The notes: a model not told the origin generated them from the letters alone. Positions 38,617-52,278 are shown, counted from the whole stretch's first letter. The stretch: DNA of 63,427 nucleotides, filler included, from Sphacelaria rigidula (GCA_964200075.2; 8 parts of 8 records of this genome joined end to end with filler, not necessarily neighbours in it); one strand, 5' to 3'. A program made the numbers and translations.

Positions 38617-41600
38617 TTTATTCATGTCTGGCACAACATTTTTCACTTTAAGTTGACACATCTCTCACTTGGATCGTAGCTTCAACGTGAAGATCATTTA
38701 TGTGCTGACTACCACGGGGAGAGACTACCGTATCACACAGCCCAGTACGTGTCGCTTGTTTGAACACCAGACATCCTGCGACCTTCGACACGCTTTACGG
38801 AAATCGCGGGCAAGAATTACACGACCGATTCACATGAAGTTGGTTTTAAAACCCGAATGACGAACGCCCACTGTACGTCCACCACAGAAACCCGAACCTA
38901 CAAAAAGAGTGAACTAATCAGCAGTTATTTACTGGGTAAGCTACTTTTTTTCAATAAACCCGTGCAGGCAACAAATGATATTTAGTTGCAGGTCACGTCG
39001 TGATCTAGTTTATATAGCTTCAGGTCGCAACTGAATCGTAACCATTTACTTTTTCCCATCATATTTTTCAACTTCCCTCGTTCTTCCTCGGGAAGAGCCC
39101 GTACTCTCAAGGCATGGTTATAAACTTCCTCTCTGCGGTACCTGCCTCATCATCTATCCCCTGCCGAACATTGCATCACCGCTTCACCCGCAATCCATCG
39201 ATATTCACCAGACTAATTATTGAAGAAAAAAGGAGAGGGGGGGAAGGGGAGATACTGTGATGATATGGTCATATCTGTTGGCAATAAGTTATGTTACTTC
39301 TTGCTTCGTGTAAACATTCGGCTCTCTGAAGGAACGGTCTTCCCACCTTTTCCCGCGCTACTTTCTCCTTGGCCGAGTTGCGTCTGCGATGTGCCCGTGC
39401 GTTTTGTTCCAATACCGATGCTTGTGACCAAAATGTTTTCTTCCAGGATCTGAACCACCGCGACGCGAACCCTGGAGTTAGACACATCTATTTTTATTTC
39501 GGGCGTGAGTCGGGCGAAAAGGACGGGGGGCGGGGGGGGGGGGGGGGGTCATGATGTGGGGGTTGCGTGAGACGGTTGGAGATTTGACAGGCCCCCTTTT
39601 GGAAAAGNNNNNNNNNNNNNNNNNNNNNNNNNNNNNNNNNNNNNNNNNNNNTTAATTAATTAANNNNNNNNNNNNNNNNNNNNNNNNNNNNNNNNNNNNN
39701 NNNNNNNTCCACCAAACTCCACCCCCCCGCGGGGGTGGGGGGGGGGGGGGGGGGGGGCGTCCTCATGATATCTCATGCCGTAGTCATAAGACCTCGCATC
39801 ACTACAAAGCCGGGACGGAGCACGTCAGGTTTTCGCTGGACCAGTCTCGCAATCACCGAGACATCCCTCTCCCTCTTTCCTCCACCTTTTTTGGGATATG
39901 CGGTGACCTGTCGCCGCGCCCCGACGATCAAACTTATCTACTACTTACCCGACAGCTAGTCCACGCGGACTTCATGAATTCGACCCCCGACGCTAGAAGA
40001 ATAATAATAGCGGTTATTTTCTGTTTTTCGCCGTCCGAAAGCGTGAGGACAATGATCGGCGAAAACAAAGACGCCGATAAAACCCGACGTGCTGCGAGAG
40101 TGATCATCATGCAATACTCGAGACAACGGAAGTGCAAGGTGGGCCCCGGGGGGGAAAAGGTAAAGGGAGGGGGTACGTTGATCCCGTGCGATTGTACTCG
40201 CTCTCGCCTCGAGTATGGAGGGGAGGGGGGGTTTAAAAATGCGACAAGAAATCGAAACGAAAATATCAGTGTGTGGCAATGGAACGTCACCATCTATGCG
40301 CACACGCCCCCGGCCGTGGTCTGTTCTGCTGCTTCTCGCTGCTGCTGCGCGGACGCGTCCTGGCTCTCGTCGACCGAGGAAAGACGAGCTTGCAGGCAAT
40401 TGCGGCACAGAATGCCACCGTGCAAAGAATTGTAAACGAACACAAAGAGCGCAACTACTACCGAAAGCCGCTGGATAGCTTATCGGACACGAAGCGTACA
40501 GAATGAACGTAACCCGAGTTAGGAATTCAAGCTACTTTATACAACATCCGTCACCCACCCGGAATGAACTGGGAAGATGCGCTTGCCCGGACATCGTCGT
40601 GCTCATCACTTGATGCCTCGCTGTCTCGCACTACCACTCGTACGTTCACGATGTCCTCCATAGAAAGTCGAAGGCACTGAACGTAGACCGTCACAGAGTT
40701 CGTGGCAAGATTGCACCAACGGTGGAGAGAAAAGGGGGGGGGGAGGTGACCGCGAGTCAAGAAATGTTCGATGCCTGGATGACTGTCAACAGCAGAATTA
40801 CTGCAAGCAGCGTGGACCATGCAATGCCCGTGGATTTCCGCACTCACATCAAGGTAGTGCTACTGAGGAATCGAAATCACCAGTCACTACGGTAACTTGA
40901 TGTGCGCTGTTTTCGAAAAAATGATCATGGCTCGCTACGCACCTACACTCACGAGACGCCGTTTCAACCCAGCTTGACAGGTGTTCCACTTGTTGTGGGT
41001 AATATATTTCTCGAGGGGTTTGCGCTCTGGCTTGAGGGGTTGATTGAGTATTGTTTGTGATTCTTCGGGTTACTGGAACGTGGGAAGCAATACAGCTACT
41101 CGCGTCAGTCCTTTTCCTAAAATGAAGCGCGGAAAGTGTGCGGTGGGAGGAAGGGAACTGTGAGCATTTCGGGTTTCGCCACCAGCCCACGACCAGGGAG
41201 TACAACGGGAAAAAACTCAACCAGTAGCTAAAGCGACGAAAGCGGCACCATCATCGAATACGGGTGCGTCAAGATATTACCATCACGAGACCTAGCATAT
41301 CTGCTCCCGTGATATTGAGCAGGATGAGAGTCGCAGTATATTGATTGATCATCTCACATCAGCTGATTGCAACAATTCAGCCCGTGGTCAGGAGCAGCAA
41401 AAAAAAGAACAGAATGGTGAAGAAAGAAGGAAAGGAACAGAAAATGACAGAAGCAACAGCCACAGAAAGGAAAGAAGGGAGGAAGCAGCGACAAGGACGT
41501 GTATATATATATATATATATATATATACATGTGTATGTAAGCGATCACTACGCCGAGTCCTTCTGCGTGAACAATACAAGAGGATTTATTTGCAATACAA

Positions 41601-43059
41601 CACTTACACAACAGGATACAGCCTCGACAAAGTGAAGAATAAGAAAGACATGGTAAACTGTACCTCCAAAATTACAATAGATTTTCATCGGCAAAACGTA
41701 TAGTGCGTACAGCATCGAATCCATTGCTTGATTGCGATAGACTTTAGATTCGTTTATGTTCGCAGTACACCTTTTGCTGATGTTTTACTCGTCAAGGGTG
41801 TAGTGACTGCAATGAGAGGACGCTGACGGTGATTTGCTGGGGGAAGTAATGATATGGGTTTAATTTGTTGTATTTCTACTCTGAATATTATAATTGAAAT
41901 TTTGGCTCACACTTCCGCTTCCCCGGATTTCGTGCAAACATCGAGCGCCCAATGGATGCATCCATGCGGGTTTGCGGTGCGAAGTCTTGGCGGACCCCTC
42001 GTGGTTATCCTACTGTAGGAATTCCATCTTGTGACCACGGCTGGACCTCTGGGGGGTCAGTTACAGTACAAGAATCAATCAAATAGTAAGGAGGAACACC
42101 ACGCAAGAACAAAAATAGAAGTGCGGATTCCGCAGCGTTGTGTGCGTGACTCGGGGAGCGTTTTCGGTGCCAAAAATATCCGAGGGCTCATTTTTTCTCT
42201 TCCTTGCGTGCGTGCGCTGGTTCGGCCATAATATTGGTTCTGCAATGACTTCACATTTCGGTCGAAACAGAAGCAGAGAAGTGTTGCGAACAAGGAAGGT
42301 GGAGAACAAAAGCACCAACCAAAAAAAAGTCTTGTTTTCGCCTTCCTTCCATTTGACCCCGGCTGGTGCGCCCACATATACCGAAAGGTGTAGCCCGGCG
42401 TCCAGAATACATGGGACGACAACACACACACATACCGCCAAGACTGGGTGGCACTTGAAACCTTCTCGGTTATCCAGCCGGTCTATGCCCACCAGCAAAA
42501 ACATTTGTACCGAAATTTTCACGGTTGAATTCTCCTCGGGTGGAAAAATATCGGAAACACTCGAAGTCCCGTCCGGGGTTTAAAAGCATGCGTGTGCGTC
42601 AGCCAGTAAACCACACGGGATCCTCGTCCAAACGTGCCTGCTTCCTTGGCCTCGAGAACGTGAGGGATGCGCGCGTGAGCACAGCCTGCTGCTGGGACAG
42701 GTGATGCTCCGACAGAGCTCGCAACACCGTGCCCTCCTTCCTCACCGTAAGCGCCCTGAACAGCATACATCGCGCGACACGACAACACCGGGTCCCAAAA
42801 TCATCAAGCATAGCTGATTGATCACGTCAGCTTTGTTCGCATCCCGTATTTGAGGCGGCAGGATTTATTTCTTCCCTGTTGGCACAAGGCACACGTGCAA
42901 AACTCCTTCCCTTCCTCGGGACGACTCCGACTCCGTCGTCTCAAGGGATCAGCCTATCCCTCGCTTGGTCCACGCCTTACATTTTTATTACATGCTATGG
43001 ATTGGATCATGCCTCATCAGCACTCCCGCAATGTGTTGTTGTCGTTGCTCCAATCACTT

Positions 43060-43211
43060 TCTTTCCTTTCTGAGGCCGTTGCTTCTGTCTTTTTCTGTTC
43101 CTTTCTTTCTCTTTTCTTTTCAATATTATGTTATATTTGTTGCTGCTCCTGACCACGGGCTGGATTGTTTGCAATCAGCTAATGTGGGATAATCAATCAA
43201 TCAATCAATCA
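43060..43211 (+). mobile_element. (CAAT)n-tailed non-LTR retroposon 3' end
   Basis: TGACCACGG(G)CTGGA...TCAGCT...(CAAT)n. An inverted near-copy lies at 41340-41480, with related tails at ~3110-3180, 25186-25250, 27905-27962, 42030-42082 and 43830-43950. Confidence 0.75.
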
Positions 43212-44251
43212 ACTGTGTCGACCGTCGTCAGACAAACTCAGCCAAACACACTATTTTGCCACTCACGTACGTCCTCCCGTTTTCAACGACGAAAATCAAG
43301 TACTTCTGACAAAACAAAAGTCAAACTGTACGTATTATCTCGAAAGAATCGACCCCCCTCTTCCCCCCGTATGTTCTCGGTTGTACCATTACAATTACCA
43401 CCGGGGAGCGGTGGTTAAACCTGGACGGGCACATTGGAAAAAACGGAAATATCTCCATGGTGGCTCAAAAATCAGGCTACGGTGTCTCTTGCAAACAAGT
43501 GCGCCATTAGGTTCTGTTAACCACTACAGGTACCGTGAAAGCATTTGTATTCGTAACAGTGGACGGAATCACGCATGTCGTGTGCTCTGGTGATTCAGGG
43601 GCAGAGCGGGGCGAGGGAGGGGGGAGGGACAAAGGAATAAAATGGCTCAAAATACAGTAAAAATGGAAAGCACTCTCGAACAAGAGAGAAATACGAACCC
43701 TGGTCAAGCCAACAGCTTCGGGAAGATAACGCGCACGTTTGCCAGCGCACCACGATGGTCATACCGGCACATCGACCAATCTCTGCAGTACATCGAGCGG
43801 AATACATGAACTGATATCCCGAACGACACTTTGATTGATTGACACTTTGATTGATTGATTGTCATACTTTAGCTGAACCCCAAGGGATCCAGCCATGGTC
43901 ACATAATAGACGTACCCGTACCCGAGACAGAGCAAGACTGAAACATTCCCTGAAGGAAAATAAAATAAAATAAACAGAACAGGTGAAACAGAACAACACA
44001 GCAGACAAATAAAGAAAGGGGAAAAAAAAATGGTCGGCCTCTGCCACGTGACTTCGGTGAAAAAGGTCTTGCGCAGCGCCACACTCATACCCAGTGGTGG
44101 AAACAAAAGGTCGTGGGAAGGAGAAGATTGCAGTACTTCTTTGTCTTGTCTAGTATGCATCGCATCGCCCCGAACCGTGAGGAACACGAGTTGCCCACAA
44201 AATACTCTTCGATGCAAGTCGACGGGGCTGCAGGAGTGGTCATCATCCAAT

Positions 44252-44701
44252 AACAGTGGATTCTCGAAAATGGGGTTGAAAAAATCGGAGGTTCAACTCA
44301 AAAGCCGTGCTTCCCCTGACCTAAATTCATGACAATGCTTTCCGTGACCTGAACTCATGACAAATTACTTTCATATGGACCATCCCATCCCTCCCGACCT
44401 CCCTAAACCTATTTCGCGGGGTTTCTAGCTTTCCGTTCCTCCATAGGGTATGTGCGAAAGCACACTTTTGCCTCGATTTCGGGGTGAAAAAAAAAGACGT
44501 TTTTTGGACTGAAAATCGTGCTTTCGCACGTACCCCTTGGGGGAAGGGAAGGCGAGGAATCCCCCGAAATAGTTTTAGGGAGGTCGGGAGGGATGGGGTG
44601 GTCCACATGAAAGTCATTTGTCATGAAATCGGGTCAGGGAAAGCACGGCTTTTGAGTTGAGCCTCATTTTTTTTCAACCTCATTTTCGAGAATCCACTGT
44701 T
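44252..44701. mobile_element. 450-bp almost fully palindromic MITE
   Basis: Arms of roughly 180-210 bp, AACAGTGGATTCTCGAAAATG... / ...CATTTTCGAGAATCCACTGTT. Flanks are CAAT and CAAC (possible 4-bp TSD). Confidence 0.9.
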
Positions 44702-45484
44702 CAACGCTCCAAAAACCAGGTGCACGTCAATTACCCGGCAGGGAAAGTGGCTTGACTCGCCGAGCTTATGTACTCGTCCCGAGGGATCGGGTACAAGTAA
44801 AAGCAAAAACCAAGAAAAATACACGTCACGTTCACACAAGTTCCGCACCTGCCGCTGCCCCACCCCCGAGATGGACGGCGGGTCGACGCCATGCCCCGAG
44901 CAGAACCACCTTTGGCCGGAGCAGCGGTGAATCCTTCGGGTCTTTACGAGAAAAAAAGACGACCAAGGGGGCGCGCATGATGACATGTGGGGGGGAACAA
45001 GAAGAAGGTGGAAGAGAATGAGGTCGCCGATAAAAAAAAAACACACGTACGCTTTGTGTGCGTCCAAGGCAAGATGTATTCCTGACAAGGCAGCAGGTCG
45101 CCGATCAAAAAACACGCACGTACACTCTGTGAGCGTCCAAGGCGACATGTATTCCTCTCAAGGCAGCATTTTGTTCGAGGACGGGCAGGAAGTATGTACG
45201 AGGCGGACCTGAAGAGCTACACCACGAGATTAGCTCTTCGGGTGCTTGAAGCGTGCACGTGCGAGCGAGTCAAGAGAAGGTACACGAGGGGACTTCCGGT
45301 TTTCATGGCTGGGACGCGAGCACGAGTAGAAAATGCGTCCAAAAGTATTCTTGTCGCCGAACCGCTGGAATGATGCATTCGGCGGAGATGCTCAACAGGC
45401 CAAGGGCCGTGAAATAAAGCAGCATATACTCTGTATAGTCATACATGTGAGTATCTTGTGTGTCGCTCTTGTTCCGTTTGCTCT

Positions 45485-45744
45485 GACACTTTCTACGATA
45501 GCCGCCCCCCCAAAAGTGCATGGTTTTGGGATGCAAAATGTTCACGTAAATCGAAATGGATCAGAAAGGCGAGCACAACGAGCAGCTGGGAATTCCCACG
45601 CTTGGGTTCGTTCTCGCTAGTGTTGCCAATATCAGGCGCTTATGCAGCCTGAACCCACACATCAGGCGCTGTATGGCCATTTTTTTCGTGACACTTTTGG
45701 GCTGGGTTTTTTTTTTGGGGGGGGGGGCTATCGTAGAAAGTGTC
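45485..45744. mobile_element. ~260-bp MITE family with GACACTTTCTACGATAGCC TIRs
   Basis: Perfect 19-bp TIRs. Other copies lie at 52279-52527 and ~46160-46412 (degenerate), with a fragment at ~4375-4435. Confidence 0.9.
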
Positions 45745-46684
45745 CGGTAGCCGTCTGATAGTGTCTCGTTGGACATTAAATTGAAATCGCCGCCTCGCCC
45801 CGGCGGTCTAAAATCAAATGGTACACTAAAAGTCGGGTAGAGCGGAAGCTTCTAGGTCCGACTTCCAGTCGATACGGCCATTCGACGGAAAATGTGATTG
45901 TCATCGTTGAAGACATCAATGTCAGGACGCGACTTGGAAAAAAATCCGATGAGAGTCGATGGGGTGCGGCAATGCTGATAATCATGATCCAATCCCCGGT
46001 AATAAAATGTCATCAGGCAGGTGCCTGGGGGAAGACTGATTGATCCCTTGAGACTACGGAGTCGTCCCGAGGAAGGAGCGGGGATAGAAATATGACAAGA
46101 CATTTTTGTTTTAGGTGGATCAGCGATTGCGAAGCTCATGGACTTTGGTTTATGACTGATTCCGCGATAGCCCCCCCGGGAGAGTGGCCGGTTTGAGGGC
46201 GCAAAACCTGCATGTAAATCAAAACGGCGAAAATCGAGCAAACTGAGCAGCTGGAAAGTCCCACGCTTGAGATCGTTTTCGCCAATGTTGCCCATATGAG
46301 GTGCTTTATGTATTCTGAAACCAGCTACCATGCACTGTATGACCATTTTCTTCGTGGCAGTTTTGGAGCTAGTGTGAGAGTGTGTGTGTGTCGGGGGGGC
46401 AGGGGGGCTATCACTGCATCACTCCTATGTAGATTATTTCGCTTTCTCATGTCCACGCGTATTCGAAAAGCTGGAAACATACAATGTGCCTCTTTTCAGT
46501 TTTCAGCTCATTTACGGCCCGTTGAGATTCTGTCAGAATATCACGACGGTGTTCACTGTGTGTTTCTCCAATAACCCCCTGTGGACTAAGGAACACAGAA
46601 GCTCCGTTCAAGCGCAGTTACAATTGAGATGCATGTATAGCCGGAAATCACCTGATGAGGCTAGCTAGCTAGCTAGATTGTTAT

Positions 46685-46758
46685 GTAGGTAGGTAGGTAG
46701 GTAGGTAGGTAGGTAGGTAGGTAGGTAGGTAGGTGGGTAAATAGGTAGGTAGGTAGGT
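46685..46758. repeat. (TAGG)n microsatellite
   Basis: Direct inspection. Confidence 0.95.
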
Positions 46759-48849
46759 CCTGTCGACTTCCGGGACAACTTTCTGTCGACAGCCGAAAAC
46801 AACTGGCAAACAAAATATGCGGCACGTATCGATAATCGCAAGACCCCAGTCGGTCGTTCGGGGATTCGCTCCCCAAGGTAAACCGGATGTACTCCTAGTT
46901 GTAGTTTACATATATGCCATACTGTTGATTCCTCCCTGTTCTCAGGATGGTGAGACACTCATGAGGCAGGGTGCACCCCACGGTTGCCTCTGGGAGTGGC
47001 GATACCAGGTAATGAAGCAACTCATTGTAGACTGTCATGCATATTCAATATGCTTACTATACTTTTCAGGCCGAACAATCTTAGCAGGATGCAGCTCACC
47101 CTTTGCGCTTGGTGATTGATTGCGAGCCTGGTCCGGCAAAAACTCGGCGTGCTCCGTCCCGGCTTTGTAGGGGTGCGAGCCCAATGGTCATATGAGTACG
47201 GTATGCAGGATCATGAGTACACCCCCGTTGTCATGAAAAGTCTGCCGTCTCGAGAGGTCAAATCTTCTTTCTCCTGGCACCTCCCTTACAATTCAAAAGG
47301 CAGTTCCGAAAACCCATATATCTTCCTAGGCTTGAGTTCTCTAATGCCTTCGGCAGGTTCGGGTACAGTTGCGTTTTCTGTGCAAGCACCGAAAAAGCAG
47401 CTGACCATCCGGTGAGGAAGGAACAAAAAACCTTTCTGAGACGGTAAAATTCATTAGAGATACATAGAGCAATGTGTGTGCCAAGAGGGGGTGTACTCAT
47501 GATCATGCATGCCATAGTCATAAGACCATTGACCTCGCATCCCTACGNNNNNNNNNNNNNNNNNNNNNNNNNNNNNNNNNNNNNNNNNNNNTTAATTAAT
47601 TAANNNNNNNNNNNNNNNNNNNNNNNNNNNNNNNNNNNNNNNNNNNNTTCGGGCTGGTGTCGGCAAGATGGTCACCCCTGTTCGTTGGATCTTCGTGAGG
47701 TCAGGCACACAAGGGACCTGTATGCATCGTTGGATCTTCCGGGTCTTCGGGCCAACCAACAGGGGGGCGACACTCTTCTGGTCGTTGAGTTTCGACCTTT
47801 TTTGGCGGGGTGTAGTTTTACCGAAAATGGCTATGGTTGCGACTGCTCGGCGTACCTTGCGCTGAGACGGCGGTACGGTCACCACTTCACAAAAACGGGT
47901 CACCACTTGACAGAAAAGGGACAACAGTAGAACAAAAAAGGGTAGAGATAACTTTTGAGCAGATGGCAGGCTGTACCCTCCTGTTTTGCTTACAAAAAAG
48001 GGTACTCTCGCAGGCTCTTATTTTGGGTGCGGTAGTTCAGCCCAGTAACACTTGTGAAAGTGAAAACAAATGGTCGGGTATGCTGCCCAGGGACCTTGGA
48101 CGTGGGGCTGGGGCGCTGGAACGTGTTTTCGAGGTGTTCAGCCAGCGTGCAGCGCCGCGCCCCAGAGCGAAAATTGCGCTACCCTCTTTTGCTCCAAAAG
48201 CACCAGGGTGTACCCTTTTTTGTATATTGCCCCCCTTTTTGCTTGTGCGCAGATCTGTGCTTCGATCTGAATAAAACTGATTGTCGATAAGACGCAGCAC
48301 TGGTTGTTGTGGGGGCAATCACTCTCCGAAAGTTATTTTTTTAATAGTGATAATCACTTCTCATAAGACCCCGCCTTGGACCGCGATGCGGGTAGTAGGG
48401 TGTTTGCGAGGACCAAAATCGGGTCCGGTCTTCAAGTCCAGAGCAAGACCAGAATATCACCCGATTTCGGTTCAATAACTAAGTTCTGACGACCTCACCG
48501 ACTTTGATGGTGTGAAGACCAAATTTGGGTCTTGGGCTCGGGCTTTCCTATTGGTCACCGATCCCAAGTCCGCATTACGGGTAGGGTTAGTTTTAGGGTT
48601 GCGGTCAGGGGCGTGGTACCTGCAGGGACTGGCCCGATTGGTTCTGAAAAACGTCGATCCGGAGGTGTTTCGAACTACGGCGCGGTCCTCTAAGCACGCG
48701 GTCTTCTCACGCATTACATACATGCTAGTAATCACGCGGAAATATGAGGGTAAAACGTACTAGCGGTAATCATCTCTTCTTGGCATTCTTGTCTGCAACG
48801 CGACCGCTATCAATCGCAAGCACATGATGCCGTGCCCTCATGTCTCCAG

Positions 48850-49630
48850 CCAACATAGCTCATGTCCAAGTTACCTCCCTCGCGTTTTTGTAAAAAGCTA
48901 TGTCCAAGTCCAGTCCGGTGTAGATGTATTTTCTGACCCTGTGTGCAGCAGGCGCGTTTCTCGTCCGCTACGACGCCGTTCGCACTGCACGATACTTGAA
49001 CGACGGCTACGTGTGGGTGTATTGCAGCTGCTGTGGTGTCGATTAAAGTCACATGGGACAATCGTGGACAGAGTTTCCAATTGCTGGAGGTGGACATGAG
49101 CTATGTCCGACTCGCGGCTTGGACATGGCTCATGTCCACCTCCAGTCGGTTGGCGGTATATTTTGGCACTGTGCAGCAGGCGCGTTTCTCGTCCGCTACG
49201 ACGTCGTTTGCACCGCACGATGGGTTGAACGATGGCTCCGGACTGTGTGAGTGTATATTGCAGCTGCTGTGGTGTCAATACAAGTCACATGGGACGAGCG
49301 CGGACATATTTTCCACTTGCTGGAGGTGGACATAAGCTGTGTCCGGCTCGCGGGTTGGACATAGCTGATATCCACCTCCAGTCGGGTGGCGGTATTTTTC
49401 ACCCTGTGCAGCAGGCGCGTTTCTCGACCGCTACGACGCCGTTTGCACCGTGCGATGACCTGAACGATGGCTACGGACTGTGTGAGTGTAATGCAGCTGC
49501 TGCGGTGTCGATGTAGGGCACATGGAACGAGCGCGGACAGAGTTTCCACTCGCTGGAAGTGGATATACGCCGTGTCCAACTCGCGACTTGGACATAGCTT
49601 ATGTTAACCGCCAGTCGGTTGGCGGTATTT
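48850..49630. repeat. Tandem repeat of ~230-bp units (about 3.3 copies), each carrying a long hairpin
   Basis: CAGCAGGCGCGTTTCTCG occurs at 48946, 49174 and 49409 (periods 228 and 235). The best hairpin is 49084-49145. Confidence 0.9.
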
Positions 49631-49713
49631 CGTGGAGGGGATGTACCGTGGCATTACTCGATATTCGGAATGAGGCTTTTATATGTCAACCGCACCCATC
49701 AATGAATAGAATC

Positions 49714-50036
49714 TGTTAGAAAAGGTGTCGCTAGGACCCTTTTGACGTGATCGCCAGAGTTGGCGCAATGGCACTTGAGCCAAGCAAGCAGACAAGTGAC
49801 TTTGAAGTGTAGACAGAATATAGTGTTCAAGGTGCCGCTTGCGGGCAAGACAATCCAAACAATCCACCGTCTTAAACGGTCAACCGAGGAGAGTGGGAGC
49901 AACCCGACTACTGCTACGCTTCGTATCAGACCAAGGTATCGTGAGCAGCACCGGCGATCCACACAATGCCCCCATACAAATACAGTACCATACGAAGCGT
50001 TGACGAGAGTAAGCCCCACAGTCTCATTTTCTAACA
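49714..50036 (-). repeat. 3' LTR of the Copia element (323 bp)
   Basis: 10-bp terminal inverted repeat TGTTAGAAAA / TTTTCTAACA, directly preceded on the minus strand by the PPT GAGGGGGAG (50037-50045). Confidence 0.85.
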
Positions 50037-50615
50037 CTCCCCCTCAACGCAAATACAAGTCTTACTCCCTCACACTCCCCCTCAATGCAAATACATACGA
50101 GTTTCAACCACCCAGCTCAATACAACCGTCCCGGCACTCAAGGACGAAATAATAACGGGTCCCACAGCCAGACGAAAGTCAGATTTTGAATGTGTTGATC
50201 ATCTTGACGAGATGGCAATGTCTATGCTTGCTGAGGTACTTGGTTCCTACGTCGGCGAGTTGGTCTTTAGTCTTGATGTACGTAACGATTGTCGATCCTT
50301 CCCTTCTTGAGTGATTCCTGAATAAAGAAGTACCGTAGAGCTATGTGCTTCACTCTCGAGCTGTTGCCTGCGACGTGGAGAGTTGAAGTGTTGTCGATGT
50401 AGACGGGGACGGAGTCGAAGCGTGTGCCAAATCCCATCTCCCGCATCATGTTCGAGAAAAATATGGCCCTCTTCATGGTGAGTGCAGCGGCCACGAGTTC
50501 TGTTCCATGGTCGATTGCGCCATCAATCGTTGTAGTCCTACCTTGAAACTGATGAGGTCATTCGAGCGAAAGAGAAGATATGATGAGGTTGATTTTCCGC
50601 TATCGGGGTTGTTGC

Positions 50616-50826
50616 TGTAATGCTTGAGAGGACCGCGTGCTTAGAGGACCGCGCCGTAGTTCAAAATACCTCAGGGTCGACGTTTTTCAAAACCAATCGG
50701 GTCAGTCCTTGCAGGTACCACGCTCCTGACCCTAGACCCAACACTAACCCTACCCCTAACTCTAATCATAGGGGTGTTCAAATTCCGATCCGGTCCTCTA
50801 AGCACGCGGTCCTTTCACGCAGTACA
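50616..50826. mobile_element. 211-bp MITE with TGT...ACA ends and 5-bp TSD, inserted in the Copia RNase H
   Basis: ~36-bp TIRs and a GTTGC duplication (50611-50615, 50827-50831). Removing it restores EANWGNNPDSGKSTSSY. A second copy, in opposite orientation, ends at 48718. Confidence 0.9.
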
Positions 50827-51454
50827 GTTGCCCCAGTTCGCCTCTGAAAAAAGCCGTGAATTGGAAACCATCCTGGTTGTAGGTGATGTCATGATCCGTA
50901 ATGCCGGACAAATGTCGAAGTAGGTGTTTTGCAGCTGCCACATGCACCTTCGACGATTTGGACATCGCCCGCGCCAGTTGATTCACGCCGTATCCAATGC
51001 CGTAGCGGATTACTCGAGCGAGATACATCACACTGCCTGCGATGGCCTGGAAGCGTTGTTTGTCCTCCTCGTTAAGTATTTTGTCCCTCGGCTGGTACAG
51101 TGACAGTTCTTGTTCCTCCCCAGGAGTGCACGCTGGGTTGCAGTGCGCCGTCCCGTATCGTTCCTCGAGAGACTTCTTGTAATATGTGTGGCTGGTTTTA
51201 ACTATCTTGCTATTACGGTCACGAACAGCCTCAATTCCCAGCACTAACGATACATCTCCCATGCCCGTCGTAAATCCCATTAGTTCATGTTTGATTCTTT
51301 CCAGCACCTTGGAGTCAGTCTGCCACAGCTCCAGGTCGTACCCCCCAACTATTACCGGCATCATACGAATACGCTGAATCCTGCAGATCGGAATAAGTGC
51401 CGCAACGGAAACCGGGGACTTGTTTCCAGCCTAGCACGCCAACTCGATCCTTGT

Positions 51455-51497
<43 letters not shown>

Positions 51498-51562
51498 TTA
51501 CTAGTAGTCGTAGTTGTTGTTGTTAATGACGATGTTAGTGATGGTGAAGGTGGTGGTGGTGA

Positions 51563-51650
<88 letters not shown>

Positions 51651-51651
51651 G
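51455..51651. repeat. Compound (GCA)n / (TGN)n / (TTG)n microsatellite inside the Copia element
   Basis: Direct inspection. It lies where the N-terminal part of the RT is missing. Confidence 0.95.
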
Positions 51652-52278
51652 CCTGTAGATGCGGGGTGGCATGCGTGCACACATCACCATGAAGCGAGTG
51701 TCGATGATAGTGGACTAGCGATGGTTCTGCGAGCCGTGTCACCGTGGGTTCACCGAATCCGTCCCGTGGGTGTGTCACGAGTTGCTCCGGCAGTGTACCA
51801 CCCTGCGGCAGACCATCGTGCGGAAGCGTCCCTCCACGGGTAGGGGCACCGTCGTGCATATCTCGTCTGGTGATGACGCTGATTCTCCCCAGAAGCTCGC
51901 CCCCTTGTGAATTTCTAGCGCCCGCGCTGGCAGTCGCATGGTCGGCAAAGACATGAGCCGGATGAGTTAATACAGAAGTGTGATTGCGAAGGTCGCGTAT
52001 GAAGGCGTCGTTGGGGGCGTAGTTGTGACCCTTACTGCCGTCAGGCTCCTCGTCGTTGAGTAGTGAAAGCTGCAAAACATAGACGCAATAGCACTTACTG
52101 TTATTGCCATACCTAACCAGTCGTCCTCCGACTGCCTCGTGAGATAAATTCCGAGTGCCCCCATTGGTGTGGACAAGCCTTGGCCTCAATGAGTCGAGAA
52201 TGTCTTCGATCTGGTTTTCTTCCCTGCAGCATCTTGTGCGGACATTGGATTCTTAGCGCGGAGTGCGGTGCCCTGGTT

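Noticed and set aside
48850-49630. CRISPR array (palindromic repeats at regular spacing)
   Set aside because: The sequence between hairpins is also repeated rather than unique, the units are ~230 bp, there are no cas genes, and the context is eukaryotic.
51431-52189. 252-aa poly-Thr/poly-Ala ORF and the antisense poly-Leu ORF as real proteins
   Set aside because: They arise from the microsatellite read through Copia integrase-RT linker sequence.
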